From Camelus ferus (taxonomy: Eukaryota), in contig NC_045696.1 in the NCBI RefSeq assembly GCF_009834535.1, positions 105,650,001 through 105,714,000 on the forward strand: 64,000 bases of DNA. The letters run 5' to 3'. Positions within the stretch are counted from its first letter, which is position 1. The number at the start of each line of letters is the position of its first letter. The notes under the pieces were generated by a model. It had not been told where the DNA came from and searched no databases. It worked only from the letters and a program-made list of their open reading frames with translations. Shown here in pieces: positions 1 through 13,895 of the stretch. The translations under genes were made by a program, and so were the position numbers.

Positions 1-2279
1 ATCACTCCATAGGACAGGAAACTCAGGAGCCTCATTGCATTAGAGGGCAGGAGCAGGGCAGTTCTGGACCCCCCAGCCGGGCTTTCAGCTGACCTCTGGA
101 AATGGAAAAGGTCACAGCTCTTCTGGTCTGAAGTGGCCCGCTGTGGGGCCAGCAGTCATCCAGCCTCTTGGCTCTGCCAGGCCTCCAGGCTCTCTCTGCA
201 GGGTTAGTCTCCCTTAAGCAGCCTCAGTGGGCAGCCTGTTAACTCAGTCCCTGTTCTTCTGCTCACTCAGTCCTACCTCCTCCCCTTCCAACAGAGAGAG
301 GCACTTGAGGGGTTCATCTGATGCTGTCCCACATGCTGGCTTCCCAAGTGGATGGAGCCTGAGCAGGCCAGTGACTCCACCTGCTCCCTCTCTGCCCCCG
401 ATCCCATGGAGTGAAGGAGAAGATGGCTGGTACCAGTCTCACTCAGCTTGAACTGGGGATTGAGAAGTGCCCATGAGCTAGACTAGAGCAGACCAGCTTC
501 TGCCCCAACACAGCCTGTCGTGGCGAGCTGCTGCCCCTTCGTGTGTATAATAAACGGCGAGCAGATCTCTTACTTCCTGTGACAGTCTGGTTTACACCTG
601 TTGTCCCTGCTCCATTCACTCTCAAAAGCCTTCCAGTTGAGATGATAAATTATAGGGCCATCCTGCTTTACCACCTTCGAGGCTAGTGAGTGGTCCAGAC
701 AGGACTGGAACTCAGACCTGGTTCCAACTACTGCTCTTATCCACTCTTATTGGATAAAGCTCTTCTCAGCTCAGGCATTAGGACTAACAAGCTTGAGGAG
801 GGCAGCTGGTAAACACTGTGGGGGTGCTTTCACAAAGATCAGACAACAGGCAGCACAACCAGAATAGGGAAGATACCGGAAGATCTCCTGGAGGAGGTCA
901 TGCGGCCACAGGCTATGACCGGTGAGCAGAAAAAGGAAGCGTGTATGCAAAGGTGGCAGCCAGCCAGACACTAAGGGCTGGGAGAGATGACTCTGCCCAC
1001 AATCCCCGCTACACACTAAGATTGTTGTGAGGAAAGTATGTATTTTCAAGGAATGGTCTGTTGTCTGAAATATCTCGATTTGGTGTGAATAAAGAGGTTT
1101 GATCTCTGCATGGAATCTGGCTATCTGGGAAAGCAATCAAAACCAGGCAGCCAATGTCAGACAGACAAGTGCTTAAAAAACTCCTGGGTGGGTGGAGGAC
1201 GACTCGTTCTTCCTCCGAAGCATCAAGGACATCTGTTGGGCTAGGTCATGGGCAGAGCAGGGCAGAATGTGCAGCCTGGAGACATGCGGAGCCCTGCTGC
1301 ACCATCTCTGGGTGGCAGAAATCAGTGGCACCAGGAGTTTGAGCATTAACCCCTGGGGTCCTGCAGACTTGGACCAAGGTGTAAACTGGGAAGGCTCTGT
1401 GCAGACAGGGCCACATGCAGGCAGGACCTGGACACAGGCTGCAGGCCTTGGCCTGTGAGGGACAGTCACAGAGCCGCCCAGGAAGGCCCGCAAGCTGGGA
1501 CATCTTTCCTATCTGGCCCTGATGGCTTCTCATCTTAAAGTTTAGCTTCTCTGAAAGGTCTTCCCAAATCCCACCCCTAAGTGGGATTAGGATCCTCTCC
1601 GTTTAATTAGGACCCCCATTATACCATACCATAGAATCTGCAATATTATTTCAGTCAAGGAATTTATCACAGCTTGTAAATAGAAATGTGTTTGTTTGCT
1701 TATTATCTGATTGTCCCCACTACACCAAAAGTTCCATGGGATAGGACTGTGGCTGTTTTATCCACCAATACATCCCCAGATCTAGCATACAAACTAAATG
1801 TCCATAGAGAGGCTAAACACAGGAACACATGACTGAAATGCCACCATTAGAACATCTTTCAGGTGCTTTCATGTATTCAATCAACCAACTTTGACTGAGC
1901 ATCTACTATGTGTCAGATTCAAAGTTGGGAAAAGTGGGGTTTAAAAAAAATATTTTAAAATACAAAGACTCACAGGAGAGTCGGACTCTAGGATATTGTC
2001 TGTTATTCACATACTGGTGGGAATTTGATTGGCCAGTTGGTTTCTGAGGTGATACTTCATAGAAGGGCCTGAAGGAGAACCCTGGCAGCAGGAAGAAAAG
2101 AGGATTGTGGGTCTGCAGAGACAGAAGAAGACAGGCCCAAATGAGGCTCTAGGTGAAGATGAAAACCTTGGTGCCCGGGGAATGAATGGGGCAGTGCCAA
2201 GAGGCTGCGTGTGGGTGCACTAGAGGAGATCACTCACAGAAGGCCCACTCCACCTTCACATAACACTGCCCAGGACCGG

Positions 2280-2470
2280 CCCTGCATTATTTATTATATT
2301 TTATACACATCAGCCCAATTAGCCCTCATAGTAACACTAACAGGCAACCAGTGTTATACCATTTTATAAAGGAGGCAGCTGGGGCCAGAGGGGCCAAGTA
2401 ATCTGCCAAAGGACACACAGCTAATTGAGAGGCAGAACCTGGATTCAAACGCAGTCCTGTTGACTCCCAG
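2280..2470. mobile_element. MIR SINE relic (others likely at ~3620-3720, ~4190-4400, ~11520-11620, ~25430-25630)
   Basis: MIR core-like ccattttataaaggaggcagctgggg...aagtaatctgccaaaggacacacagcta...ggattcaaac. Confidence 0.7.
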
Positions 2471-4920
2471 CCCTTTGTCAGCCCAGGGCTGTTTCTGTGG
2501 CAGGCCCTGTCCAGACCCTGTCCATGAGGTGACTGTCATGTCTGTAATTACAGGCTGCAGCGCAGCTCTGGTCAAGGGAAAGTACGCTTGCCTTTCACCA
2601 CAGAGAGCAGGAGGGAGCCGCCACCTCCCACACTAATCTTGCCTGTCAAGGCCCCAGGCCTTGCTTCACAGCCCAAGGACCTTGAGAATAGAGGCAGGGC
2701 TGAAGATAGTAGAGAGTTCACACACTTTCCACCAACTGTTCTTCCCAACCTGGGATGTCGGCCAGAGCTGGCCATCAGCCACGTCAAAACCAAAGAACCT
2801 AGGGTGGAGGGAGATCCCAAAGTAGAGGACAGGGTCGGGGACTCCACTGGTCATAGAGGGAAGGTGGCCTAGAGGAACATCGTGCCACAAATAACAGCCC
2901 TTTCCTTTCCACTCCCTCACAGAACACCCCACCCCAACCCCACTAGCCACACGGAAGGAGCTCTAGCGGGCAGGGCAACAGCAGCACAGGGTAACTCTCT
3001 CCTGCTCCACCCTCGTCTCCAGACAGGAGTGTTGGACAGAGAGTGGGGACAAAGGTGAGTTGTGGGCTCCCATGGGGGCTGTCAGGATGCAGGGGCAGCA
3101 GGTGGGATGCTCAGGGAAGAAGCTGGAGCTCAGTGATATCAATTCAGGGACTGGGTCGTGTGACCTCACATTTTACCGCTGGGAAAATCAAGGCCAGCGA
3201 GGGAAGAGCATTGCTCCGGGCCAGCGAGTGAGGGAGGGCTGCTCTGGAGCTGGGTTTCCGGGCCTGGATTCCTCCACACGGCTCAGAAAATTGTGTTGCT
3301 TTCTAGCCAATGATATCTCAAGCCCTCTGGGGACTGGACAGAATTAACTGAGCAGAACTGGGCCGAAGCAGGTATTCAAGGGACCTGGAGGACTTGAGCA
3401 CCCCTGGGGTGTGCTCCTCCCTCACCCTCGTCAGCCTGTGATTTGACCCCCCACCCTCCACCATGGATATGGTCATGGACCCTAAAGCCAAGTTCCCTGA
3501 GTACCTTGGAAGGGGCCATTCCTCATTTCTCAGGTACTGACAGGGAACAAATGGGGGCCACAGGAGGGGTGGTGGCAATCGCAGACCTGCATTTATTTAA
3601 ACTCATACACCATATCTGCTGGCTCTCTGCCCTTCAGTCACCTCAGCCCTGTTTCCTCTGCTATAAAATGGGAGCAGTAACAGGGCCTCAGAGGACCATG
3701 GGGAGAATTAAACGGGCCCATATGCAACCAGTACACAGCAGGGCTTCATTCGGGAAGGGTTCTTCCTCTTCCTCCCACCAACCCCCAACACAATCCCTGG
3801 GCCTCCAGCAAACACCTCTGTGGGTTCTTCCTTCCTTCACAGTTTGCCCCAGCCAATATCCAGCACATCTTTGTTGAGCCCCTCTGTGTGCCGAGCCAGT
3901 GCGGACACTGTGGGTGGAGGGTGGAGGGTTCACAATCTGGCCATGGAGATTACAGCTTCGGCAGGCACATAGTAGGCCCTCAATAAACAGCTGCCCAAAG
4001 AACTGACAAACAGCTCATACAGTCAGTCAACAATCACTGTCATTCTCATTCCCCAGTTTTCACCTTGGGCTGTCACACCCAGAGGATGTGACAAGAACAC
4101 AGGGACTTGCTTTAGGTCCTCACAGCCGGCCAGTGCCAGAGATCAGGCCAGGGTACTAGCAGAGCAGATTTATTCACAGAATAATCCTTGACTTGGAGAT
4201 CAAATTGGTTCTAATCCATTTTAAGCTCTGCCTTTTTCACTTCAGGCTGTGTGGCCTCAGATAGGACACTTAACCTCTCTGAACATCAGTTTCTTCTGCT
4301 AAATGAGGTGACACCTTTCTCTCTGAGTAGAAGCGAGGTTGGTAAGAGATCCCTGGATGTAGAGTGTTGAGTGTGGTGTGAGGCACTGGGGGGCGCTCAG
4401 CACCTGCCCACCCTAAGCCCCCTCGAGCAGCCACACAATGAAAAGGCATTAAGCATCAGGGAGGCGCAGTTCTAAAATGTCCTTAGAAGAGCAGCAAGAG
4501 GATAGAAAACCACACAGGAGCTTGTTTTTAAAGACAAAGAAAAATATGATTAAGCCCAAGTATGCCATAATAAAAGAATGAAAATATTTTCCTTAGCAGG
4601 GCATTTGTATGTCAACATCTGATAGCGGGTGGAAGCAGCCACCACAAGACTGCAAGGCACTGCCAACAGCACCCCGTGAGGACCCACAGCAGAGACAGAG
4701 CCAAGCCCAGCTGCGTGGCTGGGGAAGGGAGGCCTTTCCAGGGCCTCAGTTCTGCAGCCTGAGAAATGGGACTGCTCAGTCTGGGCTCAGTCTGGCCACC
4801 ATGCTTTTCTTTTCTTTTTTAAATTAAAAACTGTATATACATAAGATAGACAACATGATGATTTAATATACATACTCATAGACAAGCTAATTGACAATCA
4901 TCTCCTCACATAGTTACCTC

Positions 4921-4922
<2 letters not shown>

Positions 4923-4966
<44 letters not shown>
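4923..4966. repeat. (TG)22 microsatellite
   Basis: Directly visible perfect repeat. Confidence 0.98.
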
Positions 4967-4967
<1 letters not shown>

Positions 4968-5192
4968 TGACAGCGCCTGAAATCTACTCTTAGCAAATTT
5001 CCAGTATTCAGTACAATATTATTAACTATAGTCATCAAGCTGTACATTAGATCTATAGACTTATTCATCCTACAGAACTGCAATTTTGTACCCTTTGCCC
5101 AGCACCTCCCCATTTCCTCCAAGTCCCCACCCCTGGTAAGCACTGTTTTACTCTCTGCTCCTATGAATTTAACTTTTAAAAATTCGATGTAT

Positions 5193-5278
5193 GGGGGGAG
5201 GGTATAGCTCAGTGGTAGGGCTCATGCTTTGCATGCACAGAGTCCTGGGTCCAATCCCCAGGACTTTCATTAAAAAAA
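5193..5278 (+). mobile_element. tRNA-derived SINE (Vic-1-like, camelid)
   Basis: ggggagggtatagctcagtggtag...tcctgggtccaatcccca plus A-tail, with A and B boxes. Confidence 0.85.
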
Positions 5279-7119
5279 TTTTTTGACATGTAAGTGAGAT
5301 AGCATAGTATTTGTCTTACTGTGACTGGTTTATTTCACTTAGCATAATGCCCTCCAGGTTCATCCATGTTGTTGCAAATGGCAGGATCTCCTTCTTTTCT
5401 AAGGCTGAATAATATTCCATTGTATAGTTACCCTAATTCCTTTATCCATGCATCCAGGGCTCCTTTCTGTCTGCCCTCTTTTGGTAGTCTTGACAGCAGC
5501 AGCTGTAATTACGTCTCAAGGTCAGGGGGAAGGAGCTGCTGTGCCCTCGTCAGTCTCAGAAAGGTTAGCAATTGTTCCTGAGGTCACACAGCTAAGAGTG
5601 GTGGGGCTGGACCAAAGCCTGCGTGGTCCCACTCAGCCACACTGCCTCCCCATCCTGGGGGGCTCTGTGTTCATTCACTCGGGTCCTGGGACAGCACTGA
5701 CTTGACCCAGACACCCTCTGGCTGACAGCAAGCACTCTCTGCACCTCCAGCTCCTGCTCTTAGAGAGGGCCAGCCGCCTGGTCCAAGCAGCCCTGGCCCT
5801 CTTTCCACACCCAGACACAACATGTGGGAATTTTCTTTCAGGCTGTCCTCACCCTTGCTCCTCTCTGCTCAAATGACCGTGACCAGTGTCTTATTCTCAG
5901 ATTCCCTGCCTCCCCCTCACCTTCCCTTCTCTACTGTTGCCAGCTTTCCTCACCTGATCCTTGGGTCACAGCAAGCACCCTCCTGACCTTGCACTTCTGG
6001 CTTTCCACCCCTACCAAATGCCCCCACACAAATCAGCTTCTGAGGAATGCCAATAAACTCGGCCCCTCCACTTCCACCTACACCTCCATCCGACTTTGAA
6101 TCCTTCTACCCCGGCCATCTATCTGGTACAATTCAAAGCTTTTCATATGTGCCTGTTTCTATAGCTGCATTTTTCCTGGCTGTACACAGGAGGCACTCAA
6201 TAGATGCGTGTTGATGATACATACTTTTGCACCATGGTCTGATTCACATTTCAAGGACCCCCTTTAGTTTCCAGATTTCACCCAGAGCTCCTGCAGCCTG
6301 TTATCCCAGCAGAGGCCAGGCCCCACGTGGGTGATCCCAGAGCACCTACTGATCTGCCCTAAGTCTGGCTAGTCTTGCATCTTTCGAGTAGGGCTCTCAC
6401 AGAGGACCGTGCAGGGTATGAGGAGAGTGCATGACTTGGCTGAAAGGACTCAGAAAAATGCCCTCCATTCACCCTGGAAGAGGGCCCCACCATGCCTTTC
6501 CCCAGCTTTACGCACTGATCTCAGAGATCAGAGGGCATGGGATGGTCCACCCCATTCCACCTTGGGAGAGAGCCTCAGAGGACTTAAAACATCTCCGTGT
6601 CCTCAGGATGAAGAATCTTAAGTGAAGAAACTGAGACTCTAGAGGGATGTGCACCAGACACCCAAAGCCCAGGTCCAAGCCCTGCTGTTCTGCCCTTTTC
6701 CACAACCCCATGCCATCCCTCTGAATCCAAATCCCTGGGGAGGGAATTACAATAAACCCTCATCCCAGAGGACCACCAGCTTTAGATCCTCTTCCTCTGG
6801 GTCTGAGGAGGGATCCTCTCCCCACAGAACTGCCCAGGAGTAGCTGCAAGTGCTTTAGAAGTATCAAGGTTCAAATTTCATTCAGTCTATCCAAGGAACA
6901 TTTACCTGCCCACTTCCAGGCCTCATGCCAAAATGACTATGACTTAGTCTGTGCCCTCAGCGAGTCTGCAGCATGAGGTAACACATGAAGGTTAGCCTGA
7001 TGACAGCAGCATGGGAGAGTACCTGCTGTGAAAGACGGAAGCCCAGGAGGCTGCAGGAGCTTGTGCCAGACACATGACCCAGCCTGCTTTCCACAGGGAA
7101 GTTCATCTCCAAGTCTGAA

Positions 7120-9035
7120 GCTACTAAGAACAACAACAAAAAAAAGGAATAACTAAACAAACCCAAAAGAGGAAGACAAGAAAAAAGAAAGAGGAGTGTC
7201 ATGTGGGACAAATAGAAAGCATATAGTCAAAAGGTAGATTTAAATACATTGAATGTAAACGGACTAAAGGCACCAGTTAAAAGACTCTACTAACTAAAAA
7301 ATTATCAGAAGCATGTTTAAACTTAAACATATTGGTTCAAAAAGAGAAAGATAAAAAACACAAGTATATAGAAAGGGGCTATGGTATGAATATTTGTGTA
7401 CCCCCAAAATACATATGTTGAAAGGCAGTGGTATTAGGAGGTGGGGCCTTTTGGGGGTAATTGGGGATCAGGGTTTGGGGACTGGGATTAATGCACTTAT
7501 GAAAGGGGCCTCACAGAGATCCCTTGCCCCTTCTACCATGTGAGGTTATGGTGAGAAGGTAACCATCTGTGAGGAAGCAGGCCCTCAGCAAACACCTAAT
7601 CTGCCAGTGCCATGATCCTTGACTTGCCAGCTTCCTAAACTGTGAGAAATAAATTTCTATTGTTTATAAGCCAACTAGTCTATGATATTTTGTTACAGAG
7701 TCCAAATGGACTAAGATAGAAAGGTTTTAAATAAAAGGATAGAAAAGATATACCATGCAATTGATAACCTAAAGAAGCAGCTTGTCTATACTATTATTAG
7801 TGAAAACGTTAAGGCAAACAGCATTACTAGAAAATAGGAAAGCCAATTCATGGTGACAAAAGGCTCTGTTTATCAAGAAGATAAAACAATTCTAAATGTG
7901 TACACAGTGAATAATATGCCCTCAAAACATGCAAAGCAAATATGGCCAAATCTACAAGAAAAAGACAAATTCTTAAAGTGAGAGATTTAATCATCAGTAG
8001 CTGTTAAAAGAAGTAGATAAAAAATTAGTAAGGATAGAGAGTATGTTAACAACATTTAACAAATGGACACTTAGAACACTGCACTCAACATCTGCAGAAT
8101 AAAAATTATTTTCAAGTACACACAAAACAATGACAACATTAACATACTGGACCATGAAATAACTCAACAAATTGAAAAGTTGAAATCATAAAACTGAAAT
8201 CATAATGATATATTCTCTAACTATATGCAATTGAGTTAAAATCAATAAGAACAACAACAAATTCTAAAAACTACTTATATGCTTGGAAATTAAGGGATGT
8301 ATTTTGAAATAACCAGCAGATTAAAGAAGTCCCAAGAGAAAATATACAATATTTTGAACTAAGTGATAGCAAAAATACTATGCATCAAACTTTGTCAAAT
8401 ACAGCTTAAAGCAGTGCTTAGAGGAAAACTTATAGGCACAAATGCCTATGTTTGTAATGAAAAAAGAATGAAAATTAATGAACTAAGCATTGTTCCTAAG
8501 AAGTTAGTAAAAGAGATTTGGGGAAGATGGCAGCAGTGCTAAGAGCATAGTTTCTTAATCTTCCCTTTCCCCATATAAAAAATAGGAAGTGTTTAGTTAG
8601 CAAACCAAAAATCTATATACAACATTAACAACAAAAATAGATGATAAGACATAAATAAATGAAGAGATATCCCATGTTCATGGATTGGAAGTCTCAATAT
8701 TGTTAAGATGGCAAATGTCCCCAAATTGGTTTATAGAGTCAATACAATCCCAATCAAAACCCAAGCAGGATTTAAAAAAATAATTTGCCAATCTGATTCT
8801 AAAATGTATACGGAAATGCAGAATGACCTAGAATAGTCAAACAACTCTGAAAAAGAAGAATAAATTTGGAAGACTTACACTCCCTAACTTCAAGACTTAC
8901 TAGGAAACCACAGTAATCAAGGCAGAATGGCAACGGCATATAGACATATAGATCAAAGGAACAGAGCAGAAAGTCCAGAGGCAGATGCTATTATACATGA
9001 CCAGTTGATTTTGACAAAGATATCAAGGTAATTGG
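7120..9035 (+). mobile_element. Old fragmented L1 (endonuclease and ORF2 pieces)
   Basis: A-rich with motifs gcagtgcttagaggaaaacttata and ccatgttcatggattggaag. Confidence 0.8.
7377..7718. mobile_element. MaLR solo LTR (MLT1/MST-like) nested in L1
   Basis: gctatggtatgaatatttgtgtacccccaaaat...gtgagaaataaatttctattgtttataagcc...gactaagata, flanked by direct repeat gaaagg (7371-7376, 7719-7724). Confidence 0.85.
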
Positions 9036-10345
9036 ATAGAGAGCCTTCCACTTGCCACCCACCTTATGACTCACCTCATTCAGGAGCTCAGGAAAATCCC
9101 CTGGGCTCTGTGGGCCCAGGTCATGTCCGTTGGGCTGAGTGCCAGGCCAGGGCACTACTGACCCTACCTCTGCTCTGAGTGTACCCCTGCCCTGTTTCTG
9201 ACAAGAAGAGTCCAGCCTGAGGACTCAGACTGCTTAGGGAGGCCACATAGCCAGCAAGTCTTTGGCCATTCCTCCACAGGATCCAACAATAGATGGTTCC
9301 CTCTTTGCTGGCCACATGAGGGCATCCTGCAACCCCAGAAAAACCAGGAGGGTAAATTGAGAGCTGGCATAAGCTTATTGGGCAAAGCTCAAGTTAGGCT
9401 TTCATTACCTGAGGCTTCAGTCTTTTCACATCAGTCTGACCAGTAAACCTACTGCAGGCCAGATGTGCCGGGTCTCACCTCTGTGTCAAGTAGAACAAGG
9501 AGAAGATGATCTCTCTCAGCATCCAGCTCTTCTGGGCTTCCCCCATTCCTCCCCAAAGAGAGACTGATGTGAAGCTGACTTTTCTCTTCAGTCCCTCCCA
9601 CTGATCCCGGGGGCTCCCAAAAGCAGGAACCTCCTGGAATTCATCCCTGAGTCCTAGTAACCAGCCCAGCTGTAAATATTCAGTAGATGTTTGCCAGATT
9701 ATAATTACATGAAAGAAACTGCATTCTGAAAACTCTCCTTTTGCAAAAGTTTTATAATTTTTATGTTGATGTTAGTAAGGTAATTTATCTTCCATTCTCC
9801 TTAGTTTCACGGTACACACTTCCTTTAACAGAAAAACACAAACCTTGTCTCAGCCAAGCTAAATGGAAAAGTAGGTTGCTGTGCTTTGGCCAAGCCAGGA
9901 TCACTAGCTGGAGGACCTGGAAATCCCAAAGCTGGGACTATGAGAGTGGCTGCCCATGGGAAGTGGGAAGAAGGGAGGAATTCATGCATCTGGGACATGG
10001 GGGCTGAGGGGAGGGAGAGGATAAAGAAGTGAGGGGAAGCCAGAAAGCAGAGGAATCTGCCCACCTGGTCCGACCTGCTCTTCCTCCTTCATTCCTGCCT
10101 ATCCCTCAAGACTTCATCCAACTCAACAGCATGTCCTCAGCATCCCACCTCCTGAACATCTCTGAGATCCTCTACCTCTCCCCATCACCTAGTCCCAGTT
10201 ACTTTTTTCTCTCCTAGGAACCACAGTGCCACTCCTTCCAATGCAGACTCCTTACAGGGCCAGACAGGTCGTTACGAACAACTTTGATCACCAACTCCTC
10301 TGCTTGAGTGGCTTTCCACATACTTTGGGAAAAACCCAAACTCTC

Positions 10346-10654
10346 CTAAACAACAAGGACCTACCTCATAGCATAGGGAACTATATTCAATATTTTGTAA
10401 TAGCCTATAATGAAAAAGAATATGAAAAGGAATATATATACTTATACGTATATATGAATCACTATGCTATACACCAGAAATTAATATATTGTAAATCAAC
10501 TATACGTCAATTTTAAAAATAAATAAAAAATAAATACTTAAAAAATGAAGAGAATTTGGGGGACATCATGGATCCTAATTATGTTCTTTCTTACCATAAG
10601 TAGGTAACATAGATTTTAGGCTTATAATTATCTGATAAAACTTTATATAAATAA
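10346..10654 (+). mobile_element. Short L1 3'-end insertion with extra 3' sequence, inside an L2 relic (~10140-11090)
   Basis: L1 3' UTR 10346-10545. Perfect 16-bp TSD aaaaacccaaactctc at 10330-10345 and 10655-10670. Confidence 0.85.
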
Positions 10655-12649
10655 AAAAACCCAAACTCTCTTCCTTTGCTGACAAGCTACACGCGATCTG
10701 GTCCCTGCCCACCTCTGCCCACTCATCTTGCATTCTCTCTTCCATGCCCTATGAAAGTCTTCTCTCAGTTCCCCAAACATACTAAACTCTTTCTGTCCTC
10801 GGGACCTTTGTACCACTCCTACCCAAAGAACCCCAACCAAATCCTGTTCATCTTATTCACCTCAGCTGTAAGATCTGCCACCAAGCACTTAATCTAAAGC
10901 ATAGTCTCCCCCATCTCACAAATGTTTCATTCTAACTCCTATCAAAATGTATAATGATGCTACTTATGTTTGTTTACTTGTTGGTTAATGGTCTCCCATG
11001 CAAGAAGGTGAGCTTCATAAGGGCAGGAACTGTATTTCTTGTCCTCACCACTGGATCCCAGCACTGACCCAGCACCTCCCACAGAGCAGAAACACCAAGA
11101 CCAAGGATACGGTGTTGAGGGATGGTGGCAGAGAGACTCTCTGCCCTGCCAGAAATCTCCATGGGGCTGGCCCCACCACAGGCCCCTCAGAGCTCCAGGG
11201 AAGTCAAAAAGAGATACAGGCACTGTGGGCCACAAGGCAGGCCAGCACCAGATAGCAGGCATGAGAAATGAGAGGCAGAAAATGAAACTTTCCAGGAGGA
11301 TAGAGAGATGCCCCAGAAGTCAGTTCCAGGAGAGGACCCCTGACCTGGCCAAAAGTTGCCCCCATCTGAAAGCCCACAATTATGACAGCACTGTGGACTA
11401 GAGGAGTGTAGGGCCAAAGTGAGAGCATTGTTAATGTTCTCCTACTCTCAGATGGAGCTACTGGTGGTCAAAGAGAGCAGAATCTGGGTAGCCAAAAGAG
11501 ACAGGCTTCTATAAGAACGGGTATAATACCTGCCTCACTAGATTGTTGTGAGGATTAAATGCTATGATATATAGAAAGCAGCTAGCACCTTGCCAGGCAC
11601 ATAGTAGACCCCCTTAATTCCCTCCTCCCACTCCCCCACCTCCCAGGGAGAAAGACTGGGGACACATGCTGTATGTTCCCTCTCCTTGCCTCCTCCACGT
11701 CTACCCTGAACTGTGATATCTGGGTGGGAAACAGCTTCAGGCTGCAGATGCTATGACAGCGTTGCTTAAATTGAATTACACGGAAACCAGAGAAGCCTTC
11801 AGCTCTCCCAGGGAGTTCAGAAGTGTTCACCCTGAGAGTAACTGCACACTGCACAGGAAAAGGCATTCGAGTTGATAAGAAGTCATTCGGATCACCATCT
11901 AAGGCAGCTTTAGACTTTGAAATAAACTCATTCCTTATTAGCACACACTTGGGATTTCCAGGACTGAATATTATTTCTATGACACAAAGCCCATTTTGAA
12001 AGCATTTTTTCATGCTGTCAGGATCCTATGTAATTTCATCTCTCTGCAATGTTACTCTCTTTCACGTATATAGAGCCATAGTCCCTGATGAGAAAGGAAA
12101 AGAGAGAAAATGAACAAGAGCCATGATTCAACTAAAGCTTAAAGCAGGGTATCAGCACATAGGACAGGCAAGTCCACTCCACTGAGAGTCTTCTAGCCAT
12201 AAAACAGTTTTTGGACTTTTCCTCAAACAATAAGAAGCCACTGAAAGCCAAGTCAGGATTTAAAATAGGAAGTGACTGATAAGTTTTCTTTTTAGAATGC
12301 TCACTTTGGTTCTAATGAAAAAGACAGATGTAGGGGTGGGGTTTAGGGAAGAGTGGTTAAGAAACTATTCAATAGATAATAATATTGTACTGTAAGTATG
12401 TAATGTGATAAATACACTGGCAATTACATGATGATATATAAATGTATCAAAGTAACATGCTGTACACCTTAAACTTACACAATGTTACACAACAAATTTA
12501 TCCCAAAAAAGAAAAAAAAATTGGAAAGAAAAAATTTTAATTTAAATTTAAAACCAAAGAGCTTGCATGAATGAAGTGTTTCAGATCATGTTTTCAAAAT
12601 ATTTTCTAATGAATGTTTAAACATAAAACTATTCAAATGTTCATTCAAT

Positions 12650-13659
12650 TTAGATATGACACCCCCCAAATGCAAATGATGAAAGAAAAATTAGGGGGAA
12701 AAAACTTCATTAAAATTAACAACTTTTGTGCCTCAAAGGACAACATGAAGAAAAGAAAAAAGAAAACCCACAGAAAGGAAGAAAACATTTGCAAATCATG
12801 TATCTAATAAGAGAATTTCTTCAAAAATATAAAAAGAACTCATACAACTTAACAATAAAAGGGCAAATAACCCAAATAAAAACTCGGCAAAGGATTTGAG
12901 AAGACATTTTTCTAAAGAAAGTATACAAATGATCAATAAGCACATGAAAAGATGTTGAACATCATTGGTCTTCAGGGAAATGCAAATCAAAACCACAATA
13001 AGATTCTACTTCACATCACTAAGATGGCTTTACTCAAAAATAGACCAAAAAAAAAAAAGATAGACAATAACAAGTGTTGGTGAAGATATGGAGTAATTGG
13101 TACCCTCATACATTGCTGGTGGGAATGTTAAATGGTGCAGTCACTTCAAAAAAAAGTTTGGCAGGTCCTCAAAAAGTTAAATACAGAGCTACCACATAAC
13201 CCAGTAATTCCACCCCACTCTATCTGAGAGACTGAAAGCATATTTTCACATAAAAAAACCTATACACAAATGTTCATAGTAGCATTATTCATAATACCCA
13301 AAAAGTGGAAACAATCCAAGTGTGCATCAACTAATGAATGGTAAACAAAACGTGGTATATTCATACAATAGCATATTATTCAAATATTAAAAAGAATGAA
13401 ATATTGACACATGCTACAACATGGATGAATATTGAAAACATACTGCCCAATCATAAAAGACCACATATTTCATGATCCCACTTAGATGAATTTCCAAAAC
13501 AGGCAAAGCCATAGAGACAAAAAGTAAATTGGTGGTTGTCAGGGGCTGGGAGAGGAGGAAATGTGAAGTGACTACTAAGGGGGATGGGAGTTTTTTTGTT
13601 GAGAGATAAAAATATTCTGGAATTAGATAGTGGTAATTGATTCATGACCTTGTGAATTT
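12650..13659 (+). mobile_element. Older L1 3' portion (continues 13864-13895 and 17935-17995)
   Basis: ORF2 C-terminal and 3' UTR L1 motifs (gaaatgcaaatcaaaaccacaat, acaacatggatgaa). Confidence 0.85.
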
Positions 13660-13863
13660 TCAAAATGTAGAACAGATAAACAAGATTATACTATATAGCA
13701 CAAAGAAATACATACAAGATCTTATGGTAGCTCACAGTGAAAATAAAATGTGACAATGAATATATATATGTTCATGTATAACTGAAAAATTGTGCTCTAT
13801 ACTGGAATTTGACACAACATTGTAAAATGACTATAACTCAATAAAAAAAAAGTTAAAAAAAAA
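13660..13863 (+). mobile_element. Short 3'-UTR fragment of the same young L1 family
   Basis: Closely matches 17680-17870, ends in an A-tail, and is inserted in an older L1 3' end. Confidence 0.85.
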
Positions 13864-13895
13864 CACTGAATCGTACACTCTAAAAGGGTGAATGA

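Larger units (their letters stand above)
4820..5450 (-). mobile_element. Antisense L1 3' end containing (TG)22 and a SINE
   Basis: tttatttcacttagcataatgccctccaggttcatccatgttgttgcaaatggcagg is a standard antisense L1 3' motif. Confidence 0.85.

Noticed and set aside
5193..5278. tRNA-like sequences (also ~35092, ~37970, ~41620, ~56632)
   Set aside because: A-tails, TSDs, a shared non-tRNA tail and degenerate stems show they are SINEs, not tRNA genes.
227..6843. Many 60-145 aa ORFs in the first 7 kb
   Set aside because: No recognisable domains, many non-ATG starts, several overlap MIR/L1, and I cannot support an exon chain.
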